A stretch of 64,000 bases of DNA from Bacteroidota bacterium (GTDB taxonomy: Bacteria; Bacteroidota; Bacteroidia; Chitinophagales; LD1), in contig CANJLD010000013.1 in NCBI GenBank assembly GCA_947475165.1, positions 13,250-77,249 on the forward strand, in the 5' to 3' direction. Positions 17,783 through 26,424 of this stretch are shown here, one piece after another (the stretch's first letter is position 1; every line of letters starts with the position of its first letter). The translations under genes were made by a program, and so were the position numbers. The notes beneath the pieces were generated by a model that was not told the DNA's origin, ran no database searches, and was given only the letters and a program-made list of their open reading frames with translations.

Positions 17783-19147
17783 ATGGCTGAACGTATTCCT
17801 CACATTGCCGTTATTGGCGCAGGTGCAAGCGGAACTCTTACCGCAATTCACTTATTGCAGAAACTAAAACAACCGGCAGTAGTTTATTTGGTTGAGAAAG
17901 CAGAAACCAAACTGTATAGAGGGGCAGCTTATTCAAGCACTTTGTTTTACGAGCCGCTGAATGTGCCGCTGGCTAAAATGAGTGCGTATGCGCTAACGCC
18001 CGACAGTTTTTTTGATTGGGTAAAACAGCACAGAAACGCAGATGCACTTAAAACAGATTTTGTTTCGCGCAGATGGTATGGCGATTATTTAACGGCACAA
18101 TTGTACGAGGCGCAGGCGAATGTTGCAGAAGGAGTGAAGTTTGAAACTGTAATTGGAGAAGTAACAGATATTTCAAAGCAAAAAGAGCGTAATTACGAAT
18201 TGCTATTGGAGAATGGCGAAACATTGCAGGCAGATTTCTTAGTATTTGCCACCGGTAACGAATTGCCGGGCGAAATTATTTCGAAAGAAGAAAAGGAACT
18301 GCTGGGCAAAAACTATGTAGCTAATTCATGGACAGTGAATCCGTTTGAGCATCTCGCACCAAACGATAGTGTTTTGATTATCGGCACCGGTTTATCTATG
18401 ATTGATTTGGCTGTTAGTTTGAAAAAACAAAACCATCAAGGAAAGATATACGCGCTTTCGCGAAATGGATTATTGCCTAAGCCACACGGCAATGCACCGG
18501 TTTACCAACTTTCGAAAGATGTGTTGAGTGAGGATATTGAACAGCTGTATCAAAATATACTTTCAGAAATTGAGCTGGCTAAGCAGAGTAACATCGGCTG
18601 GATAAGCGTTCTCGATGCTTTGCGTCCGCAGTCTGTAAACATTTGGAAGACACTTAGTAAAGAATCGAAGAAATTGTTTTTGCAGAAGTATCGCAACCGG
18701 TGGGATATTCACCGCCATCGTATTCCCGCTTCGTCTGCAGTTGAAATAGAAGCAATGATTAAGCAAGGACAGTTTGAAGTGTTAACCGGATCGGTTAGTA
18801 AGGTTGAAAGAACCGGAGAAGCCTTTTCGGTTCAATACAATACCGCATCGGTTGTTTTGGTAAACTATGTAATCAACTGCACCGGTCCATCGGGCGACTA
18901 TACAAAGACCGGAAACACTCTGCTAAAAAACCTGATTGCAAAAGGTATGATGAAACAGGACGAACTTTTAATAGGTATAGAAACCGGTGAAGCAGGAGAA
19001 ATATTAAAGCAGGGCAACACCCCTTTACAAAACGCATTTGCAGTTGGCCCCCTTCGGAAAGCAAACGAGTGGGAGAGTATTGCTATAGCTGAAATACGGG
19101 TTCATGCCGAGCAAACCGCTCAGGCAATTCTTTGTTTAATGGCATAA
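17783..19147 (+). CDS. FAD/NAD(P)-binding oxidoreductase-like protein (NAD_binding_9 type)
   Basis: N-terminal Rossmann motif IAVIGAGASGTL and a second dinucleotide motif VLIIGTGLSMID. It starts 3 nt after the TSUP stop. Confidence 0.7.
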   Translation: MAERIPHIAVIGAGASGTLTAIHLLQKLKQPAVVYLVEKAETKLYRGAAYSSTLFYEPLNVPLAKMSAYALTPDSFFDWVKQHRNADALKTDFVSRRWYGDYLTAQLYEAQANVAEGVKFETVIGEVTDISKQKERNYELLLENGETLQADFLVFATGNELPGEIISKEEKELLGKNYVANSWTVNPFEHLAPNDSVLIIGTGLSMIDLAVSLKKQNHQGKIYALSRNGLLPKPHGNAPVYQLSKDVLSEDIEQLYQNILSEIELAKQSNIGWISVLDALRPQSVNIWKTLSKESKKLFLQKYRNRWDIHRHRIPASSAVEIEAMIKQGQFEVLTGSVSKVERTGEAFSVQYNTASVVLVNYVINCTGPSGDYTKTGNTLLKNLIAKGMMKQDELLIGIETGEAGEILKQGNTPLQNAFAVGPLRKANEWESIAIAEIRVHAEQTAQAILCLMA

Positions 19148-19228
19148 TCAGCCTTTTACAAAATTTTAATAGCCCCACTTCGTCATCATTTCTACATTCG
19201 TATTCATAATTAAAACAACAAGTAAAAC

Positions 19229-20029
19229 ATGAGAACTAATCACGAAATTGATTACCGTATTTTTGGAGAAGAAATGCAATGCGTGGAAATTGAACTAGAC
19301 CCGCAGGAAACAGTAGTAGCAGAAGCAGGTGCTTTTATGTATAAAGACCAGCAGATTCAAATGCAAACTATTTTTGGTGATGGAAGTAGTAATGGAGGAG
19401 GAGGATTAATGGGAAAACTTCTCGGAGCAGGCAAGCGTTTACTCACCGGTGAAAGTTTGTTTATGACAGCCTTCTCGCACATGGGCAGCGGAAAGGCGCG
19501 AGTTGCTTTTGCTTCGCCATATCCCGGTAAAATTATACCAATGGATTTGCAGCAGTTAGGCGGCAAAATGATATGCCAGAAAGATGCTTTCCTATGTGCA
19601 GCAAAAGGCGTGAGTGTTGGAATTGATTTTCAAAAGCGTCTCGGCACCGGTTTATTTGGTGGCGAGGGATTTATTATGCAAAAGCTGGAAGGTGATGGTT
19701 TGGCGTTTGTTCATGCCGGTGGGCATATTATTGAACGCGAACTGAAAGCCGGTGAGGTATTGCATATTGACACCGGTTGTGTGGTAGCGTATACCAAAGA
19801 AGTTGACTTTGATGTGCAGATGGTAGGAGGAATAAAAAATACACTGTTTGGAGGAGAAGGATTTTTCTTTGCAGTATTAAAGGGGCCGGGCAAAGTTTGG
19901 CTTCAAACATTGCCAATTTCAAGATTAGCTTCACGAATTCATCAATATGCTCCGCAAACCGGAAGCAGGAAAGAAGAGGGAAGTGTATTAGGCGGATTAG
20001 GTAATTTGTTAGATGGGGACGGTTACTAA
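19229..20029 (+). CDS. TIGR00266 / AIM24-like family protein
   Basis: N-terminus ...EIDYRIFGEEMQCVEIELDPQETVVAEAGAFMY and Gly-rich loops characteristic of the family. Confidence 0.7.
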   Translation: MRTNHEIDYRIFGEEMQCVEIELDPQETVVAEAGAFMYKDQQIQMQTIFGDGSSNGGGGLMGKLLGAGKRLLTGESLFMTAFSHMGSGKARVAFASPYPGKIIPMDLQQLGGKMICQKDAFLCAAKGVSVGIDFQKRLGTGLFGGEGFIMQKLEGDGLAFVHAGGHIIERELKAGEVLHIDTGCVVAYTKEVDFDVQMVGGIKNTLFGGEGFFFAVLKGPGKVWLQTLPISRLASRIHQYAPQTGSRKEEGSVLGGLGNLLDGDGY

Positions 20030-20050
20030 ATTTATTTTTTGAATTTATAT

Positions 20051-20086
20051 CTGTGCCACGGTTTTAAACCGTGGCACAGCTTTTTA
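20051..20086 (+). terminator. rho-independent terminator after the AIM24-like gene
   Basis: Perfect 11-bp stem ctgtgccacgg / ccgtggcacag, 7-nt loop, then cttttt. It also shows that the GTG start at 20071 in the ORF track is spurious. Confidence 0.85.
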
Positions 20087-20097
20087 ATTTAGCGCAC

Positions 20098-21927
20098 ATG
20101 TGCGGAATTGCTGGCTTTATAAACTCCCGATTTAACGATGACGAGAAGCGCGGACTTACGCGCAAGATGCTCGATAAAATTTCGCATCGAGGACCGGATG
20201 CTACGAATATCTATACCGATAGTATTGTGGCTCTCGGCCACAACCGGTTAAAGATTATTGACCTTTCCGATGAAGCCAATCAGCCTTTTGAATATCAGGA
20301 TGTAGTGGTAGTGTTTAACGGAGAGATTTACAATTACATTGAAGTAAAAGCCGAACTGGAAAAGAAGGGTTACACCTTCAGAACAAAAGGTGATACCGAA
20401 GTGCTTTGTGCAGCCTACAAACATTGGGGCGAGAATTGTGTGAAACAATTCATGGGCATGTGGTCGTTTGCCTTGTGGGATAAAACAAAAAAGAAACTCT
20501 TCTGCTCGCGCGACCGGTTCGGCATTAAACCGTTTTACTACATATCTTTTGGTGAGGGACTTTACTTTGGTTCTGAATACAAAGCATTGAAAGATGTTCC
20601 GGTGTTTAAAAAGGATTTGAATATTGAGCAGTTCAACAGAGGCTTACAGTTATCGTGGGCGGTGTATAAGGATGAAACTTATTACACCATGCTTAAGTCT
20701 TTATTGCCCGGACACAATTTAGTTTGGGAGAACCGTAAGGTAACTATCACAAAATACTGGGATGTTGATTTTACTCAACCGGTTAGCCGAATGGGCTGGG
20801 AAGAAAAGAAAGGCAAGTTTTTTAAACTCTTTAAGGAATCGGTTATGCTTCATTCGCGCAGCGATGTGAAGAATGGAACTTGCTTAAGCGGTGGGCTTGA
20901 TTCTTCTGCTATTGCTTCTATGTATTCTACTTTGTTTCCCGATTCGAAAATGAAATCATTTTCGGTTTACTATGAAAACGATGTGGATGAGCGACCGTTT
21001 GTTTACGAAGTGGTGAAGAAGTATCCGAATATTCAGCCGCATTATTTTTCGCCAACTAATCAGCAGATACAGGGTAATTTCCATCGCGCGGCTTATCACA
21101 GCGATGTTCCCTTGTTGGGTTCTTCTTTTATTTCGCAATACTTTTTAATGCAGTTGGCAAAGAGCGAAGGTGTAACCGTTGCGCTTGACGGACAAGGCTC
21201 CGATGAATATCTTGGCGGTTATCTGCATTCGTTCTACCGGTTAATAGGGCAGGATTTCCGCGCGTTGAAGTTTAAAAAAGGAATGAAACTTTTAGATGCG
21301 CATGTGGCAATGGAAAATTACAGTAAAGAAAAGCGCAAGGATATTTTAAAGAAGAGTGTGTATTGCGCTGTAAGCAGCGAGCAACGCGTTTACAATGCAG
21401 AGTATGAAGGACTGAATAAATATTTGAGTGGCGATGGTGTAGAAGATATAAACTTTGCAGATGTAACGGATGATAAGTTCAACAATTTCTTGTATCACTT
21501 ACTTATGAATTCTACTCTTCAAACGCTGTTGCATTATGAAGATAGAAACTCGATGGCATTTTCTTTAGAGAGCCGCGTACCGTTTCTTGACCACCGGTTA
21601 GTGGAATTTGCTTTTACGCTTTTGCGCGAAGACAGAATTAATAACAAAGCTGAAACAAAATCTATTTTGCGCGAAAGCATGAGAAACATTTTACCGAATG
21701 TGGTAGCTGAGCGCAAAGACAAAAAAGGTTTTGTTACTCCCGGGGAAGTGCAATGGCTGAATGGCCCTCTGTCGTATTTGCTCGAAATTGATTATTCGAA
21801 ATTTAACTGGATGCGCGAAGACAAATTGAAAGAAACAGTTGAGCAATACAAAAAAGGCGATACCAGCAAAGCAAAATTTGTGTGGCGGCTAGCTTGTGCC
21901 GATTACTGGTTTAAAAATTTTAATTAA
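20098..21927 (+). CDS. asnB: asparagine synthase (glutamine-hydrolysing)
   Basis: Starts MCGIAGF (N-terminal nucleophile Cys2). The synthetase domain carries the SGGLDSS PP-loop. Confidence 0.88.
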   Translation: MCGIAGFINSRFNDDEKRGLTRKMLDKISHRGPDATNIYTDSIVALGHNRLKIIDLSDEANQPFEYQDVVVVFNGEIYNYIEVKAELEKKGYTFRTKGDTEVLCAAYKHWGENCVKQFMGMWSFALWDKTKKKLFCSRDRFGIKPFYYISFGEGLYFGSEYKALKDVPVFKKDLNIEQFNRGLQLSWAVYKDETYYTMLKSLLPGHNLVWENRKVTITKYWDVDFTQPVSRMGWEEKKGKFFKLFKESVMLHSRSDVKNGTCLSGGLDSSAIASMYSTLFPDSKMKSFSVYYENDVDERPFVYEVVKKYPNIQPHYFSPTNQQIQGNFHRAAYHSDVPLLGSSFISQYFLMQLAKSEGVTVALDGQGSDEYLGGYLHSFYRLIGQDFRALKFKKGMKLLDAHVAMENYSKEKRKDILKKSVYCAVSSEQRVYNAEYEGLNKYLSGDGVEDINFADVTDDKFNNFLYHLLMNSTLQTLLHYEDRNSMAFSLESRVPFLDHRLVEFAFTLLREDRINNKAETKSILRESMRNILPNVVAERKDKKGFVTPGEVQWLNGPLSYLLEIDYSKFNWMREDKLKETVEQYKKGDTSKAKFVWRLACADYWFKNFN

Positions 21928-21953
21928 TGCGTAGCAAGCCTTAAACAAAAGCA

Positions 21954-22475
21954 ATGGAATTTAACCTTTCGCAAGTGCTACTTATTTCAGGTAAGAGTAT
22001 TCTTATCTATCTCTTTATTATTCTCGCTATTCGCCTGTTTGGTAAAAAGGAACTGGCGCAGCTTTCGGTAGTTGATTTGGTTTTTATTCTGCTTATCAGC
22101 AATTCAGTGCAGAATGCAATGGTAGGTCCTGATACTACTTTATGGGGAGGCATGGCTGCTGCTACCGGTTTGTTTGTTATCAATTACATTTTCAAATGGG
22201 CAATGAAGAGATTCCCGAAGTTCAGCAATGCTGTGCAGGGAAGTGAACTGCTTTTGATTTATAAAGGCAAAGTGAATAAGGAAAATTTACAAGAATCTAT
22301 GCTGACTATGGATGAGTTACATGCGGCTGTGCGCGAACATGGATTAGAGACTATAGCAGAAGTTGACTTGGCCATTTTAGAAGTAGACGGCAACATCAGT
22401 GTAATGAGTAAAGATTACCAGGTAAAAACAAGCCGCAAAAGAAGAGCTCATAAAATGATTGTGAAAAGCAGCTAG
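21954..22475 (+). CDS. DUF421 (YetF-like) membrane protein
   Basis: Three N-terminal TM helices followed by the soluble domain ...ELHAAVREHGLETIAEVDLAILEVDGNISV. Confidence 0.7.
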   Translation: MEFNLSQVLLISGKSILIYLFIILAIRLFGKKELAQLSVVDLVFILLISNSVQNAMVGPDTTLWGGMAAATGLFVINYIFKWAMKRFPKFSNAVQGSELLLIYKGKVNKENLQESMLTMDELHAAVREHGLETIAEVDLAILEVDGNISVMSKDYQVKTSRKRRAHKMIVKSS

Positions 22476-22987
22476 TTTTCTAAAAATAATTTCTTTAACT
22501 CTTTGCTCTCGTTCATTTTTAATCTACCAGCTAATACCAAGCGCAGTTCTCTGCGCGCTAAAGCAGTATCAAACATTTTCTTTTCAGCATCGGTTTCAGG
22601 AAGAATAGGAACCGATTTTTTAGGCTTGCCGTTGCTGTCGAGAGCTACAAAAGTATAATACGCTTCGTTGCATTTATACCGGTGCTGCGAAGGAAGATTT
22701 TCTGCCCATACTTCAATGTGTGTTTCCATACTGGTGTTAAAAACACGAGTAACTTTTGCGGTAATGGTTACCACATCGCCCAGTTTGATAGGATTTTCAA
22801 ATGAAACATTATCAACCGAAGCGGTTACTACTACTGCATTAGAATGTTTGCCGGCAGAAATTGCCGAAGCAATATCCATCCAGTGTAAAATTTTTCCTCC
22901 ACGTAAATTGCCGAGCGCATTAGTGTCGTTAGGCAACACAATCTCGGTCATTATAATAGTTGATTCTTTAGGTGTTTTTCCGCTCAT
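22472..22987 (-). CDS. acyl-CoA thioesterase (hotdog fold, YciA/ACOT type)
   Basis: TEIVLPNDTNALGNLRGGKILHWMD motif, 171 aa. Confidence 0.8.
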   Translation of the reverse strand: MSGKTPKESTIIMTEIVLPNDTNALGNLRGGKILHWMDIASAISAGKHSNAVVVTASVDNVSFENPIKLGDVVTITAKVTRVFNTSMETHIEVWAENLPSQHRYKCNEAYYTFVALDSNGKPKKSVPILPETDAEKKMFDTALARRELRLVLAGRLKMNESKELKKLFLEN

Positions 22988-23056
22988 ATTTTTTTTGTCT
23001 TTTGTATTTTAATTCTTACCTACTTGTATTTTTTGCCTACTGCCTACTTCTGCTCA

Positions 23057-24886
23057 CTACTCTCTCCTTTTACCATAATGATACTCATACACCGAAGGGG
23101 CTTTGCGTATTTTCTCCATAGTAAGTGTACACTTCATATTTGCTAATTCTTCGGCAATATTTTTAGAACTGAAAGGCATACTGGTTCCTTTCAAGCGTTC
23201 CGGTTCAATGCCGTGGTCGTAGAGATATTTAATAATTTTCATTGCCCGCATCATCTCGGGGCGGAGCGAACCGGCTTTAACTAATTCTTGTCGCACCTTT
23301 GCAAAAGTTGGTATTGAATCAATGAATGCACGAATGCTATCGTCTTTAGTTTTACCAAACTCGCTGCGGTCAGCGCAACCATTTATTTGCACTACAATAT
23401 CCGGATTGATAGTAAGCCATTGCAGGAGATTGTTCTGCATGTTCAGATTATCGGTTCCTTCTAAATCTGTAATGTTCGGACGATAGTGGAAAACATATTC
23501 ATTAACCGTAGGGTCCAAATCAGGGAGCAGGGAATCAACTTTCAAATCATTGCGGTCGGTTTCGTTTACCATTAAACCGGTAACGTGCGAACTTTGGTTG
23601 ATATACTCAATTACGAATTTCCGCATTTTAGTTTCGCCAAGTGAAAATACACTATCGCGCACGGTAGAGAAATAAGTTTCATCGTTATATATCCAATACT
23701 TGGTAACCCAGCCCACATAATCTTTCGAGCTTTTAATGTTGTTGTATTCTTTTTGAAAGTTAAGCATACCTACTTTCATCATCGACTCGTTCACCAAAGT
23801 TTTGTCTAAGCGCAACAATTCTTTTATTACAAAGTTGTAAGTTTCGAAAAAGTGCTGCTTATCGGGCTGAAGGATAATTTTAAATACACCACTGAAATTA
23901 CTCGCCTCATAAACTGCGGTAAATTTCTTGCATCCAAGTTTACGTGCCTTTACCTGAATAAAATTGTTTTGGTCGTTCAACATAGCACTTAATAAAAATG
24001 CATAGTAACTCGACTGTTCATTCGAACGCGTTCCCGGAAACTGCCAACAAATTTCAAGCTGCGGTTGTTCTATTGGAGAGTTTACTACAAACTGTGTGGT
24101 GTAAACCATAGGTTTAAAATCAACAATTTTAATAATGGTTTCAGGGTCAAACTCAGCTTTATGCAATCCTTTAACTACTTCCGCCAACTTATTTTGAAAC
24201 TGATTTAAATCAATATTCCCAATAGCATTAACCAATGTGTTATTACTCACATAATATTTGGCATGAAAACTCTGCACATGCTCCACATCCATAAATGGGA
24301 AACTGCCTGAAGTATCGCCAATAAGAATTTGCTTGTTCGCATCTTTCCTGTACAAACGCTGTTGCAGTTTGGTTTCAAATACAGTTTTGTAATTATTCTT
24401 TTCATCAGCAATTTCTTTGCGAACGGTTTCAATTTTATTTTGCAATTCATCTTCATAAATGGGTGCAGAATAAATAGAGTCGCGTAGCAATTGCAGGCAG
24501 GCAGGATAATTAGCAGGAGAGGAGGTAAGTTGAAAAACGCTTAACTCAGTAGTGGTATACGCTACTAAAGACGTATTCTGAAAAGAAATTCCGCTTTTGT
24601 TTTTGCGTAAGTAGTTGGCAATTTTATCAGAAATAATGTTTTGAAGAATATAGGAAACGCCACTCACCGAATCGTTTTCGTAAACGGTTCCTGTTTTTAT
24701 GTAGAAAGTAATTTGCACGTTTCCAGCTGCAGGCTGCGGCACAATAAAGGCATTCAACCCATTAATTTGTTTTGATAAGTAAATGGTATTATCAAGTGAC
24801 TTTATTGTTTGGGCAGTTTGTGCTGAAACAGCAAATACAAGAGCCAGCAATACAACTGTCATCAACGGTTTATGAAAAGTAGTCAT
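23057..24886 (-). CDS. M16 (insulinase)-like non-catalytic homologue fused to an OmpA-like C-terminal domain
   Basis: The likely start is MTTFHKPLMTVVLLALVFAVSAQT at 24886. At the HxxEH position the sequence is YILQN. The C-terminus ...INGCADRSEFG...RAMKIIKYLYDHGIEPERLKGTSM resembles OmpA_C. Confidence 0.65.
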   Translation of the reverse strand: MTTFHKPLMTVVLLALVFAVSAQTAQTIKSLDNTIYLSKQINGLNAFIVPQPAAGNVQITFYIKTGTVYENDSVSGVSYILQNIISDKIANYLRKNKSGISFQNTSLVAYTTTELSVFQLTSSPANYPACLQLLRDSIYSAPIYEDELQNKIETVRKEIADEKNNYKTVFETKLQQRLYRKDANKQILIGDTSGSFPFMDVEHVQSFHAKYYVSNNTLVNAIGNIDLNQFQNKLAEVVKGLHKAEFDPETIIKIVDFKPMVYTTQFVVNSPIEQPQLEICWQFPGTRSNEQSSYYAFLLSAMLNDQNNFIQVKARKLGCKKFTAVYEASNFSGVFKIILQPDKQHFFETYNFVIKELLRLDKTLVNESMMKVGMLNFQKEYNNIKSSKDYVGWVTKYWIYNDETYFSTVRDSVFSLGETKMRKFVIEYINQSSHVTGLMVNETDRNDLKVDSLLPDLDPTVNEYVFHYRPNITDLEGTDNLNMQNNLLQWLTINPDIVVQINGCADRSEFGKTKDDSIRAFIDSIPTFAKVRQELVKAGSLRPEMMRAMKIIKYLYDHGIEPERLKGTSMPFSSKNIAEELANMKCTLTMEKIRKAPSVYEYHYGKRRE

Positions 24887-24947
24887 GCGGCAAATTTTGG
24901 AAATGCAATTCTTTCTTTCAAATTTGTTCGAACTTAAATATGTGTTT

Positions 24948-25148
24948 ATGAAACGTTTTGTTATTCTCATTTCAGTTGCCTTTTTACTTTCTGTTGGCTT
25001 TTCATCGTGCAAGAAATGTTATTCCTGCGATTTTGGAAACAATGATGTTCGCGAATTTTGTTCAAAAGATTTTCCTGATGGCACCGAAGGCCTGCAAATG
25101 ACAGTAGATGCTTATGAAGAGCAGGGCTACAAATGCACCGCTAAGTAA
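24948..25148 (+). CDS. small Cys-rich lipoprotein (66 aa)
   Basis: MKRFVILISVAFLLSVGFSSC lipobox-like signal, then a KKCYSCDF...FC...KC pattern. A strong terminator follows. Confidence 0.5.
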   Translation: MKRFVILISVAFLLSVGFSSCKKCYSCDFGNNDVREFCSKDFPDGTEGLQMTVDAYEEQGYKCTAK

Positions 25149-25167
25149 TAGAATAATATCCTATAGC

Positions 25168-25211
25168 AGACGCTCCATCTCGATTTTTTCGGGATGGAGC
25201 GTCTTTATTTT
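25168..25211 (+). terminator. rho-independent terminator
   Basis: 12-bp stem agacgctccatc / gatggagcgtct followed by ttatttt. Confidence 0.85.
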
Positions 25212-25297
25212 CATACTGTTCATTTCCCTGTTTACAAATTCGGAACAAGTAATGATGTTGCAGAAATAAATTCTGAGCAATTTCATTTCCCCGTAAA

Positions 25298-26410
25298 ATG
25301 GAAAATGCTACTACATATATAAAAGGTCGTGGTTCGCAACTGAACCCCGCAAACCGGTTCCTAAAAAACAGCGAACGGGAGATTTATGTAGATGATTTGC
25401 CTACACAAGAAGAAAGGGAAGAGTTGCTTACAGAAAATCCAAAGACAAAATACATTGAAGTTTTTCCAAAAACTATTCTGAATAAAGTAGATAGTCCGGA
25501 TTTGGGAATGGGATGGAGCATGAATCCATACCAGGGTTGTGAGCATGGTTGTATTTATTGTTATGCAAGAGGCACTCATGAGTATTGGGGCTACAGTGCC
25601 GGTGCAGAGTTTGAACAAAATATTCTGGTAAAGAAAAATGCTCCAGAACTATTGGAGAAAGCGTTGATGAATAAGAAATGGGAAGCATCTGCAATTATGC
25701 TTTCAGGCAATACAGATTGCTATCAACAGGCAGAAAGAAAACTTAATATAACAAGGGAACTTCTAAAAGTGTTTTTGAAATTTAAGCATCCGGTGGGCAT
25801 TATTACCAAGAACAGCTTGGTTGAGCGCGATATAGATATTCTTTCGGAATTGGCAGCGCAAAGACTGGTGAATGTAACTATGAGTTTGACTACGCTGGAT
25901 GAAAAACTGAAAAGAGTAATGGAGCCGCGAACTTCATCAGCTTTCAGCGTGCTGCGAACCATTAGTAAACTTTCAAATGCAGGTATACCGGTGAATGTGA
26001 ATGTGGCACCGGTGATACCTTCTATTAACGATGAGGGTGTTTTTGATGTAGTAAAGACGGCAGCCGAAGCAGGTGCTTCAAGAGCAAGTTATATTGTAGT
26101 GAGGTTGAACGGGCACAACGGAAAGCTATTTGAAGATTGGGTTACACGTAATTTTCCTGACCGGGTCAACAAAGTATTGAACCAGATTAAAACCATGCAT
26201 GGCGGAAATCTGAACGATTCAACCTACGGTAGAAGAATGAAGGGTGAGGGAAAGTTTGCAGAATTGATTCGGATGCAGTTTGCTTTGGCAAAGCAGAAGT
26301 TTATGAGTGCAAAAGAATGGCCTGCTATTGATTACACTTTGTATGAAGCAACAAGAAATGAATTGATACGACAGGAAGGCGAAGACAAAAACCAGTTGAG
26401 TTTGTTTTAG
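25298..26410 (+). CDS. radical SAM protein, PA0069-like family
   Basis: N-terminus KGRGSQLNPANRF and the CxxxCxxC cluster CEHGCIYCYA. Confidence 0.8.
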   Translation: MENATTYIKGRGSQLNPANRFLKNSEREIYVDDLPTQEEREELLTENPKTKYIEVFPKTILNKVDSPDLGMGWSMNPYQGCEHGCIYCYARGTHEYWGYSAGAEFEQNILVKKNAPELLEKALMNKKWEASAIMLSGNTDCYQQAERKLNITRELLKVFLKFKHPVGIITKNSLVERDIDILSELAAQRLVNVTMSLTTLDEKLKRVMEPRTSSAFSVLRTISKLSNAGIPVNVNVAPVIPSINDEGVFDVVKTAAEAGASRASYIVVRLNGHNGKLFEDWVTRNFPDRVNKVLNQIKTMHGGNLNDSTYGRRMKGEGKFAELIRMQFALAKQKFMSAKEWPAIDYTLYEATRNELIRQEGEDKNQLSLF

Positions 26411-26424
26411 AAAATACGTTATTC

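Noticed and set aside
20071-20097. GTG start for asnB as given in the ORF track
   Set aside because: The GTG lies inside the 3' arm of the upstream terminator stem. The ATG at 20098 yields the obligatory N-terminal Met-Cys of Ntn amidotransferases.
20071-21927. Asparagine-synthase homologue as a lasso-peptide cyclase or other RiPP enzyme
   Set aside because: The protein begins MCGIAGF, a complete N-terminal glutaminase domain with the Cys2 nucleophile, which lasso cyclases lack. No leader peptidase, precursor peptide or exporter is adjacent. A terminator separates it from the upstream gene.
24948-26410. Small Cys-rich peptide next to a radical SAM enzyme as a RiPP pair
   Set aside because: The peptide has a lipoprotein-type signal sequence, and a strong terminator (25168-25211) separates the two genes. 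The radical SAM protein matches the widespread PA0069-like housekeeping family, not peptide-maturase types.
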